From NCBI GenBank assembly GCA_934246625.1, contig CAKQHZ010000002.1, positions 30,001 to 62,000 on the forward strand: DNA of 32,000 bases, read 5' to 3'. This stretch comes from an uncultured Alphaproteobacteria bacterium (lineage in GTDB: Bacteria; Pseudomonadota; Alphaproteobacteria; Rs-D84; CACZYB01). The notes beneath the pieces were generated by a model, which saw nothing but the letters and a program-made list of their open reading frames with translations, was not told where the DNA came from and did not search any database. The position numbers were made by a program, and so were the translations under genes. Positions 7,697 through 15,158 of this stretch are shown here, one piece after another; within the stretch, counting starts at the first letter, position 1, and each line of letters starts with the position of its first letter.

Positions 7697-8893
7697 ATGT
7701 CAAACTTAAAGACAATAAACGATATCCAAAATATAACTGGTAAAAAAGTTGTTGTTCGTGCTGACCTTAATGTTCCAACAGAAGGTTCAACCATCACTGA
7801 CAACAGCCGAATTGAACGATTTGCTCCAACTGCAAAACTTTTATCTGACAAGGGTGCAAAAGTTATAATTATCACACACTTTGGTCGTCCAAAGGGTCAA
7901 AGATTACCTGAATTTTCAACTGAAATTTTAGTTAAAAACCTTTCAAATGCGATTGGCAAACCTGTTGAATTTGTTGATGACACAATCGGTTCAAAAGTAG
8001 AAGAAAAAATTTCACAAATGAAAGATGGCGACATAATTCTTCTTGAAAACGTTCGTTTTTATAAGGAAGAAGAAGCAAACGATGCTGAATTTTCAAAAAA
8101 ACTTTCAAACCTTGGTGAAATTTATGTAAACGATGCTTTCTCAACATCACACCGTGCACACGCTTCAACCGAAGGTATCACAAAATATTTACCATCTTAT
8201 GCTGGTCTTCTTATGGAAGAAGAAGTTGATGCATTAACAAAAGCATTGGAAAATCCTGCTCACCCAGCTATTGCAATCGTTGGCGGTTCAAAAGTTTCAA
8301 CAAAACTTGCTGTGCTTGAAAACATCACAAAAAAAGTTGACGCTATCGTTATTGGTGGTGCAATGGCAAATACTTTCTTACTTGCTCAAGGATACAATAT
8401 TGGTGCATCTATGGCAGAAGAAGATATGAAAGACACAGCATTACGCATCATTGAAGAAGCAAAGAAAAATGGTTGTGAAATCGTGCTTCCTATTGATGTA
8501 TGTGTAGCAAAAGAATTCAAAGCAAACGCAGAAAACAAATTCGTTGGAATTGATGATGTTGACGGCAATTGGAAAATCTTTGACGTTGGTCCAGAAACAT
8601 CAAAAATGCTTGATGCAAAATTTGAAAATGCAAAAACAGTTCTTTGGAACGGACCTCTTGGAGTTTTCGAACTCACTCCATTTGACAGAGGCACAAACGA
8701 ACTTGCAAAAACAGTTGCAAAGCTAACACGTGAAGGCAAACTTACATCTGTTGCTGGTGGTGGTGATACTGTTTCTGCATTAAACAATGCTGGTGTTGCA
8801 AATGACTTTTCATACATTTCAACTGCTGGCGGTGCATTCCTTGAATGGCTTGAAGGAAAAACACTTCCTGCAATTCCACCATTGATGAAATAA
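7697..8893 (+). CDS. pgk: Phosphoglycerate kinase
   Basis: 398 aa, full length. The RADLNVP N-terminal motif, the NDAFSTSHRAHAS segment and the C-terminal GGGDT are all present. Confidence 0.97.
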   Translation: MSNLKTINDIQNITGKKVVVRADLNVPTEGSTITDNSRIERFAPTAKLLSDKGAKVIIITHFGRPKGQRLPEFSTEILVKNLSNAIGKPVEFVDDTIGSKVEEKISQMKDGDIILLENVRFYKEEEANDAEFSKKLSNLGEIYVNDAFSTSHRAHASTEGITKYLPSYAGLLMEEEVDALTKALENPAHPAIAIVGGSKVSTKLAVLENITKKVDAIVIGGAMANTFLLAQGYNIGASMAEEDMKDTALRIIEEAKKNGCEIVLPIDVCVAKEFKANAENKFVGIDDVDGNWKIFDVGPETSKMLDAKFENAKTVLWNGPLGVFELTPFDRGTNELAKTVAKLTREGKLTSVAGGGDTVSALNNAGVANDFSYISTAGGAFLEWLEGKTLPAIPPLMK

Positions 8894-8896
8894 AAT

Positions 8897-8925
8897 AAAA
8901 CCTCCCTTAAATGGGAGTTTTTTTT
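8897..8925 (+). terminator. Rho-independent terminator of pgk
   Basis: Stem CTCCC (8902-8906) pairs with GGGAG (8913-8917) around the loop TTAAAT, followed by T8 (8918-8925). Confidence 0.7.
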
Positions 8926-8939
8926 ATAACAAAATTTCA

Positions 8940-8969
8940 TTGACTTTTGGATTTTAAAAATATTAAAAT
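8940..8969 (+). promoter_or_regulatory. Candidate promoter of the orphan cassette (ORF98 or a small RNA)
   Basis: TTGACT (8940-8945), an 18-nt spacer, then TAAAAT (8964-8969). The SD AGAGGAGAGAGA (8978-8989) follows immediately. Confidence 0.4.
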
Positions 8970-8991
8970 GAAATTATAGAGGAGAGAGATT

Positions 8992-9288
8992 ATGTATCAA
9001 GCACAACTACAATTTACACCACAAAAAAGACACCCAGCTTCTTTAAACATATTTTTAATTCCTATAATGACCAAAGCTCTTTGCAATCAAAACAAAGAGC
9101 TTTTTTATTATAACAATAAAGAATCTAACAAAGAAAACATACCTGATGAATTAAAAAATATTTCACAAACCGAAGCCATAAAACTTTTCACAAATTTAGA
9201 TACGGTATATTTCAACCTTAATAACAAAGAAAAAAAATTATACAAACATCTTGAAAAAATAATATTACAATACGCAATAGAGCATTAA
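8992..9288 (+). CDS. Hypothetical 98-aa ORF (coding status uncertain; may instead be a leader or sRNA locus)
   Basis: Strong SD (AGGAG 7 nt before the ATG) and an open 98-codon frame. No recognisable family, an N/K-rich composition, and a canonical terminator hairpin inside codons 28-38. Confidence 0.35.
   Translation: MYQAQLQFTPQKRHPASLNIFLIPIMTKALCNQNKELFYYNNKESNKENIPDELKNISQTEAIKLFTNLDTVYFNLNNKEKKLYKHLEKIILQYAIEH
9073..9106 (+). terminator. Intrinsic-terminator-like hairpin embedded in ORF98
   Basis: A perfect 11-bp stem, AAAGCTCTTTG (9073-9083) with CAAAGAGCTTT (9093-9103), and a 9-nt loop. The T-tract TTTTTTATTA starts at 9101. There is no U-tract on the opposite strand, so it is oriented for the + strand. 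Confidence 0.5.
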
Positions 9289-9316
9289 ATTTATACTAGA
9301 ATACATTACAAAAATA

Positions 9317-9325
9317 TGATATAAT
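9317..9325 (+). promoter_or_regulatory. Extended -10 promoter element for the 183-aa gene
   Basis: TGaTATAAT: TG at 9317-9318 and a consensus TATAAT at 9320-9325. A perfect AAGGAGG SD (9339-9345) lies 5 nt before the ATG at 9351. Confidence 0.45.
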
Positions 9326-9350
9326 TCTCTTATATACAAAGGAGGAAATT

Positions 9351-9902
9351 ATGAAATTCAAACTAATCTATAACGGCGAATTAAAAATAAATCCGAAAAA
9401 ACGAAGCCAACATCTTCATGACATAAGAATGGCATTATCTCCTCAACTTGAAAGATTGGCTCAAATATCCCCTTATAATACTATAAAGGACAAAATGCAA
9501 AAAACAAAAACAAAGGGGATAAAAGAAATCAACGGTGCAAAATTTTTTCCAATCATACGTCCAGAATTGAATTTGCTAGCCGAACTTGATATACAAATTC
9601 TGCACCCGGAACTTCTTGAAACTCCAAGGGCAGATATTGATAACCGTATGAAAACTTTACTTGATGCACTTAAGCGTCCACAAAGTTCACACGAACTTGC
9701 TGAACATATGGATAAAAGCGAGGTTATTTATACACTTCTTGATGACGACCATCTTGTTACAAAAATGACTATTAACACAAGCCATTTATTGTATAAGGAA
9801 CAAAATCCAAGCCCAAATCGAGATTATGAACTTTTAATAATCATAACTGTAAATATAAAGGCATCAAAGGGAACCCCTGATAACCTTGCCGTCATAGTTT
9901 AA
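9351..9902 (+). CDS. Divergent RusA-like (Holliday junction resolvase family) putative endonuclease with insertions
   Basis: 183 aa. Residues 93-107, RADIDNRMKTLLDAL, match the RusA catalytic signature (compare E. coli RRDLDNLQKAAFDAL as I recall it). The downstream LLDDDHLV parallels RusA WLDDAQVV, and the C-terminal YELLIIITV strand parallels RLELTITE. It is about 60 aa longer than classical RusA. Motif-level call only. Confidence 0.55.
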   Translation: MKFKLIYNGELKINPKKRSQHLHDIRMALSPQLERLAQISPYNTIKDKMQKTKTKGIKEINGAKFFPIIRPELNLLAELDIQILHPELLETPRADIDNRMKTLLDALKRPQSSHELAEHMDKSEVIYTLLDDDHLVTKMTINTSHLLYKEQNPSPNRDYELLIIITVNIKASKGTPDNLAVIV

Positions 9903-9930
9903 AAAATGCCCCAAAACGGGGCTTTTATTT
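9901..9930. terminator. Bidirectional rho-independent terminator between convergent genes
   Basis: Stem GCCCC (9908-9912) pairs with GGGGC (9918-9922) around the loop AAAAC. It is flanked by A6 upstream and TTTTATTTT downstream. Confidence 0.7.
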
Positions 9931-10553
9931 TATACAAGTGGTGAAATTCTTATTTCAATTCGATGATTAAGAAGTCTTCCTTCTCGTGTGCTATTATCAG
10001 CAATCCACATACTTTCACCCATACCATTTATAAACACACGCTCTGGAATAACTCTAAATTTCTTATATTGTTTTTCCATAAAATAAGTAGCCACACTTTG
10101 AGCCATATTCACAGACTTTCTTAAATTATCATTTTTACTTCCAACACTTGATGTATGTCCCGTAATTTCAATAAAGTTTCGGTCAAACTTTGACAATGTC
10201 AAAATCATATTATCAAGTTGAGGTTTTATAGAATCAAGCACATTCATATTGTCATCTAAAATAATATGTGATTGTATAGTCAAAATAATATCATTTCCAG
10301 CCATTTGATAAGTAATATTTGTTTTTTCCAAATCTGGAATCAAAGTATTAAACAAAGCCATCATATACCCCCTTGCCTCCTTAAGTTGCAAAGGTTGAAT
10401 ACCTAACTTTATCAAAGCAGGTTTTTGAACAATTTTACTTTTTCCTGTCAATGCACCAAAAGACGCAGAAGACAAATCCACATAATTATTTGTATTAGTA
10501 GAACAAGCTACACAAAGAATAAAAAACAAATTGAAAAATATTTTTTTTACCAA
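9930..10553 (-). CDS. OmpA/MotB-domain lipoprotein (Pal-like)
   Basis: C-terminal ITGHTSSVGSKNDNLRKSVNMAQSVATYF...NHRIEIRI is an OmpA-C-like domain. I prefer the TTG start at 10551-10553 (GAGG SD 9 nt upstream), which gives (M)VKKIFFNLFFILCVAC with a lipobox. The longer ORF-track form (to 10628) adds 25 residues without an SD. Confidence 0.8.
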   Translation of the reverse strand: MVKKIFFNLFFILCVACSTNTNNYVDLSSASFGALTGKSKIVQKPALIKLGIQPLQLKEARGYMMALFNTLIPDLEKTNITYQMAGNDIILTIQSHIILDDNMNVLDSIKPQLDNMILTLSKFDRNFIEITGHTSSVGSKNDNLRKSVNMAQSVATYFMEKQYKKFRVIPERVFINGMGESMWIADNSTREGRLLNHRIEIRISPLV

Positions 10554-10634
10554 TTTAACTTTCCTCTTCCCAAAAATAAAAAACTCTTTATAATATATAG
10601 GGATATAACAATTTTTATAAAAAAGCAATAAAAA

Positions 10635-11654
10635 ATGATATGTTTAGGTATAGAAAGTAGCTGTGATGAAACAGCCGTTGCAATTATAAATGAAAATGGT
10701 GAAATTCTTGCACACCAACTTATAACACAATTCAAGGAGCATTCTCCCTATGGTGGAGTTGTGCCTGAAATTGCATCAAGAAGTCATTTAAACTATATCG
10801 ACAAACTTATAAAAAAGGCTTTGGACGAAGCAGGTATAAAAATTACCGATATTGATATTTTTTCTGCTGGAAGTGGACCTGGTCTTATCGGAGGTTTAAT
10901 CGTTGGTGTTTCTGTGGCAAAGGCTATGGCTTTTGCACTTAACAAGCCTTTTGTTGCAGTAAATCATCTTGAAGCACACGCCCTTATGCCAATGATGTTT
11001 AATAAGGATTTAACATTTCCATATATGCTTTTACTCGTCTCTGGCGGACATACACAAATTTTAATTGTTGAAGGTGTTGGTAAATATAAAATGCTTGGCA
11101 CGACAATAGATGATGCCTGCGGTGAGTGTTTTGACAAGGTTGCAAAAATGCTTGGCTGGGATTATATGGGTGGAAAGGAAATTGAAAAATCCGCCATAAA
11201 TGGTAATGAAAAGGCATTTGATTTTCCACGACCAATGCTTCACTCCCACGATTTGAATTTTTCATTTTCTGGACTGAAAACTGCACTAAGAACCCAAATC
11301 GATAAATTTGAAAATGGCATTGATGATAAAACGAAAAGTGATATTTGTGCATCATTTCAAACTGCTATCACAGACATTTTGGATAAAAAACTTCGTGATG
11401 CAATTTCAAAGGTAAAAAAGTTAAATATCAAAAATCTTGTTGCGGGAGGCGGTGTTTCAAGCAACACAAAAATCCGCAAGACATTGGAACAAATCGGACT
11501 TGATAATAAAATAAAGGTTTCATTTGCCCCACTTAAATATTGCACTGATAACGGAGTAATGATTGCATACGCAGGATTACTTAACTTTATGGCAGGCAAA
11601 ACTTCAAAATTTGATATAACCCCAAAACCACGTTGGAATTTAGAGGATTTATAA
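10635..11654 (+). CDS. tsaD: tRNA N6-adenosine threonylcarbamoyltransferase TsaD (Gcp/Kae1 family)
   Basis: 339 aa. GIESSCDETAVAI N-terminus, HLEAH metal-binding motif, GGVSSN. Confidence 0.95.
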   Translation: MICLGIESSCDETAVAIINENGEILAHQLITQFKEHSPYGGVVPEIASRSHLNYIDKLIKKALDEAGIKITDIDIFSAGSGPGLIGGLIVGVSVAKAMAFALNKPFVAVNHLEAHALMPMMFNKDLTFPYMLLLVSGGHTQILIVEGVGKYKMLGTTIDDACGECFDKVAKMLGWDYMGGKEIEKSAINGNEKAFDFPRPMLHSHDLNFSFSGLKTALRTQIDKFENGIDDKTKSDICASFQTAITDILDKKLRDAISKVKKLNIKNLVAGGGVSSNTKIRKTLEQIGLDNKIKVSFAPLKYCTDNGVMIAYAGLLNFMAGKTSKFDITPKPRWNLEDL

Positions 11655-12982
11655 TGAGCGATTTTGACGAACTTTTCAATGAAATAACTCATCAAAACTC
11701 TTCAATAATAAAAGAGGAAACCAATAAAGAAGAAGTAATTTTTTCTGTGGCACAATTTTCCAACCTTTTAAAGGGAACATTAGAAGGCACCTTTAAACAT
11801 ATAAAAATAAAGGGGGAAATAATCGGACTTAAACATCACTCCTCTGGCACAGACTATTTTGATTTAAAGGAAAGTGTTGCAGGCAAAGATTATATCCTTA
11901 ACTGCGTTCTTTGGAAATGGACCAAAATTTCCACCAAAATAGAAGATGGACTTGAAGTTGTAATTACTGGAAAAATCACAGCATACACAGGTCGTTCATC
12001 ATACCAGCTAACCGTTGAAAACATTGAAATTTCTGGCATTGGTGCATTATTAAAAATTATCGAAGAACGAAAACAAAAACTTCTTAAAGAGGGAATTTTC
12101 GACCAATCACACAAAAAGCCAATACCAAAATATCCACAAACTATTGGCGTTATAACTTCACCAACAGGTGCTGTTATTCAAGATATAATCCACCGAATTA
12201 CAGACCGTTTTCCAACACGAATTATTGTATATCCAGTTGCTGTTCAAGGTGAAGGTGCCGACATACAAATAACAAACGCCATAAATAACTTTAATAAAAT
12301 TACTGGCAAAAATCGACCTGATGTTTTAATCGTCGCTCGTGGTGGTGGAAGTATGCAAGACCTTATGCCATTCAACGAAGAAAACGTTGTCCGTGCAACA
12401 TACAATTCCGAAATTCCAATAATTTCTGCGGTGGGACACGAAACCGATACAACACTTATCGACTATGCATCTGACCTTCGTGCACCAACCCCAACTGGTG
12501 CTGCGGAAAAGGCAGTTCCTGTTCGCCAAGAATTATTGTTAAGCATATCAGAATATTCTTCAAGATTTTTATCTACAATATTAAGATTATTTGAAAACTT
12601 TAATTTAAAAATTTCAAACCTTAAAAATCGACTTAAAAACCCATCTCAATTTATTGAAGATTCGATTCAACGACTTGATGAAAAAACATCAAAACTTGAT
12701 TTAATAATCAATAATAAATTATCAACTCTCAATGACAAAGTTTCATTTGCAAATAAAATGCTTGAAAGCTATTCATTTAAAAATGTTTTAAAACGTGGAT
12801 TTTCAATCGTTTGGGACAAAAACGAAATTATCAACAGCAAGCAAGATTTGGAAAAACTTTCATCTGCAACAATTGAATTTTCAGATGGAAAAATTGATGT
12901 ATTTACATCAAAACAATCAAAGGATTCAAAGAAACACAATAAAAAAATCCCTGAAAATAATAATCAAGGAAGTCTTTTTTAA
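11654..12982 (+). CDS. xseA: Exodeoxyribonuclease VII large subunit
   Basis: N-terminal OB-fold region and catalytic core with VARGGGSMQDL and SAVGHETD. I prefer the ATG at 11654, which overlaps the tsaD stop (TAATG). The ORF-track start at 11633 is also possible. Confidence 0.93.
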   Translation: MSDFDELFNEITHQNSSIIKEETNKEEVIFSVAQFSNLLKGTLEGTFKHIKIKGEIIGLKHHSSGTDYFDLKESVAGKDYILNCVLWKWTKISTKIEDGLEVVITGKITAYTGRSSYQLTVENIEISGIGALLKIIEERKQKLLKEGIFDQSHKKPIPKYPQTIGVITSPTGAVIQDIIHRITDRFPTRIIVYPVAVQGEGADIQITNAINNFNKITGKNRPDVLIVARGGGSMQDLMPFNEENVVRATYNSEIPIISAVGHETDTTLIDYASDLRAPTPTGAAEKAVPVRQELLLSISEYSSRFLSTILRLFENFNLKISNLKNRLKNPSQFIEDSIQRLDEKTSKLDLIINNKLSTLNDKVSFANKMLESYSFKNVLKRGFSIVWDKNEIINSKQDLEKLSSATIEFSDGKIDVFTSKQSKDSKKHNKKIPENNNQGSLF

Positions 12983-13209
12983 TCTCTTGTATTTTCAACT
13001 TTTTGCTTTGTCAAGGCTTTAAAAACGCCACTTTTATCCAACAATAAAATACCCGCTGACACAGAAAGACCTATCATCATACAAATAATATAATTTCGTA
13101 TGATTTTTCTGTTATATTTTTTCAATAACTCATCTTTCTTTTTATCGGTATAATCAATTCCCAAATATGATTGATAAGCCATTTTTTGCACATCTTCTCT
13201 TTTTAACAT
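12979..13209 (-). CDS. Small single-pass membrane protein (76 aa), hypothetical
   Basis: The start overlaps the nrdR stop by 7 nt (ATGTTAA), with an AAGGA SD inside the nrdR 3' end. One TM helix ([17 protein letters not shown]). No family recognised. Confidence 0.5.
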   Translation of the reverse strand: MLKREDVQKMAYQSYLGIDYTDKKKDELLKKYNRKIIRNYIICMMIGLSVSAGILLLDKSGVFKALTKQKVENTRD

Positions 13210-13793
13210 TTTAAATCCTTATTATCATTAAACAAATCATCTTCCTTTAATTTTCCAGAATTATTTACTGAAAATTCAGGAATAATCGAACATCTGTTAT
13301 AAGAAGATTTTGATGTAATTTCATCATCATCAAGTGAAGAAATTTCCTTTTTAATAGTATCTATAAATTTAAGGAAATCCTCCTTTTTATCAAAATTATA
13401 ATACACAGAAGCAAATCGAATATATGCAACAATATCAAGATTTGAAAGCATATCCATAACCAAAACACCAATTTCACGAGATGAAATTTCAGCTTCTCCA
13501 CTTGCTTCTAATTGACGTTGTATTGATGACACAATTTTTTCGATTCTTTCATCAGTTATTGGTCGTTTTTTACAAGCAAGTTTCACAGACTTTGTAAGTT
13601 TTTCACGTTCAAACGGAACCACAATTCCATTTGATTTTTTAACCATAACTTCCTTTAATTGCACACGTTCAAATGTTGTAAATCGAGACCCACATTCGGA
13701 ACAAAAACGTCTTCTTTTGATATAGGAACCATCTTCTGCAACACGAGAATCCTTTACCTGAGTATCAATCGATGCACAAAATGGACAACGCAT
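13203..13793 (-). CDS. nrdR: Transcriptional repressor NrdR with a C-terminal extension
   Basis: MRCPFC...[12 protein letters not shown] zinc ribbon followed by an ATP-cone. 196 aa, with about 45 extra C-terminal residues relative to the about 150-aa form I know from E. coli. Confidence 0.93.
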   Translation of the reverse strand: MRCPFCASIDTQVKDSRVAEDGSYIKRRRFCSECGSRFTTFERVQLKEVMVKKSNGIVVPFEREKLTKSVKLACKKRPITDERIEKIVSSIQRQLEASGEAEISSREIGVLVMDMLSNLDIVAYIRFASVYYNFDKKEDFLKFIDTIKKEISSLDDDEITSKSSYNRCSIIPEFSVNNSGKLKEDDLFNDNKDLKC

Positions 13794-13802
13794 ATTCGCC
13801 TC

Positions 13803-15128
13803 CTATCCAACAGTTTCCTTTAACACTTCTATATCCGCACCCATCGCACGCAAATTTTCAACAAAATTTTCATAACCGCGATAGATATGATATACACGAT
13901 GCAAAATTGTTTCACCATCTGCGACAAGTCCCGCAATCGCCAAAGATGCACCACTTCGTAAATCAGAAGCCATCACATCAGCCGCACAAAGTTCCTTTAC
14001 CCCAACAAACTTTGCGGAATTATCACCTAAAATCGTAATATTTGCACCCATACGAACAAGCTCTGGCACATACATCAATCGATTTTCAAAAACTGTTTCT
14101 TTCAAAATAGATGTTCCCTCCGCAATAGTCATCAAAGTCATAAATTGAGATTGCATATCAGTTGGGAACCCAGGATATTGAGAAACCTCAACATTCACAG
14201 CTTTAAGTTTTATACCTCTACCATCTGCGATAAAGCCATTATCAGTATTGGTGATTTTAACACCTGCTTGTTTAAGTTTATCAATAACAATTTCCATTTT
14301 TGAAACATCAGAATTGCGAATTTCAATACAACCACCAGTCATTGCCGCCGCAATAGCATAAGTTCCAGCCTCAAGTCTGTCTGGCATAACAGAATATTCA
14401 CAACCATGAAGTTTTTCAACACCTTCAATTCTGATAATATTGATACCATCTCTAACATCACGAGAAATTTTTGCTCCCATTTTATTAAGCATATCAATCA
14501 AATCATCAACTTCTGGTTCCAAAGAAGCATATTCAATAATTGTTTCACCTTCCGCCAAAACAGAAGCCTCAATCGCATTAACATTTCCACCATGTGTTGT
14601 AATTGCAACACCATTTTGATGACGAACAAGCCCACTTATAATACCACCTTGAAGTCGTCTTATTCCATTCATAGAAGGAGCCTCACCAACAATATATCCA
14701 TGATGAATTTCAATTTTTGCACCCAATGCTTCCATTGCAAGCAAATGAATATTTACTGGACGTTGACCAATCACACAACCGCCAGGTGTAGAAACCTTTG
14801 CTTCGCCACATCTTCCCATCAATGCACCCAACACATAGATAGAAGCACGCATTTTTTTAACTATTTCATAAGGAGCCTTTACACTTTTAACAACAGGTGT
14901 ATGAAGTTTCAAAGTATGATTTGGCTTATCCCATTCAACTTCTGTTCCAAAGTTAGAAAGCAAATCAATCAAAGTTTGTATATCTGATAAATTCGGAACA
15001 TTATGAAGTATCACAGGTTCATCAGTTAAAAGAGTCGCAGGCATAAGCTCCAATATAGAATTTTTTGCACCTCGTATTTCCACAGAACCATTAAGTGCCT
15101 TACCACCTTTTATTTTAAAATAATCCAT
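13803..15128 (-). CDS. murA: UDP-N-acetylglucosamine 1-carboxyvinyltransferase
   Basis: 441 aa. The active-site loop PGGCVIGQRPV contains the catalytic Cys. Full-length EPSP-synthase-like fold signature. Confidence 0.97.
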   Translation of the reverse strand: MDYFKIKGGKALNGSVEIRGAKNSILELMPATLLTDEPVILHNVPNLSDIQTLIDLLSNFGTEVEWDKPNHTLKLHTPVVKSVKAPYEIVKKMRASIYVLGALMGRCGEAKVSTPGGCVIGQRPVNIHLLAMEALGAKIEIHHGYIVGEAPSMNGIRRLQGGIISGLVRHQNGVAITTHGGNVNAIEASVLAEGETIIEYASLEPEVDDLIDMLNKMGAKISRDVRDGINIIRIEGVEKLHGCEYSVMPDRLEAGTYAIAAAMTGGCIEIRNSDVSKMEIVIDKLKQAGVKITNTDNGFIADGRGIKLKAVNVEVSQYPGFPTDMQSQFMTLMTIAEGTSILKETVFENRLMYVPELVRMGANITILGDNSAKFVGVKELCAADVMASDLRSGASLAIAGLVADGETILHRVYHIYRGYENFVENLRAMGADIEVLKETVG

Positions 15129-15158
15129 AACAAAAACTCCTTTGTTTAAATAATATAG

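Noticed and set aside
8386-8940. 184-aa ORF on the minus strand
   Set aside because: It lies almost entirely antisense to the well-supported pgk gene. The translation is Ser/Pro/Ala/Phe-rich and low-complexity, as expected for the antisense frame of a real gene. No SD is present.
8992-9902. ORF98 plus ORF183 as a type II toxin-antitoxin pair
   Set aside because: The small-upstream, larger-downstream layout is superficially TA-like. However, the ORFs are 62 nt apart, the second has its own consensus promoter, and a terminator hairpin interrupts the first. In addition, neither resembles a toxin or antitoxin fold I recognise. The idea is unsupported.
14406-14987. 193-aa ORF on the plus strand
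   Set aside because: It is fully antisense to murA. The translation is Asn/Ile/Phe/Cys-rich nonsense with no SD, so it is an antisense-frame artefact.
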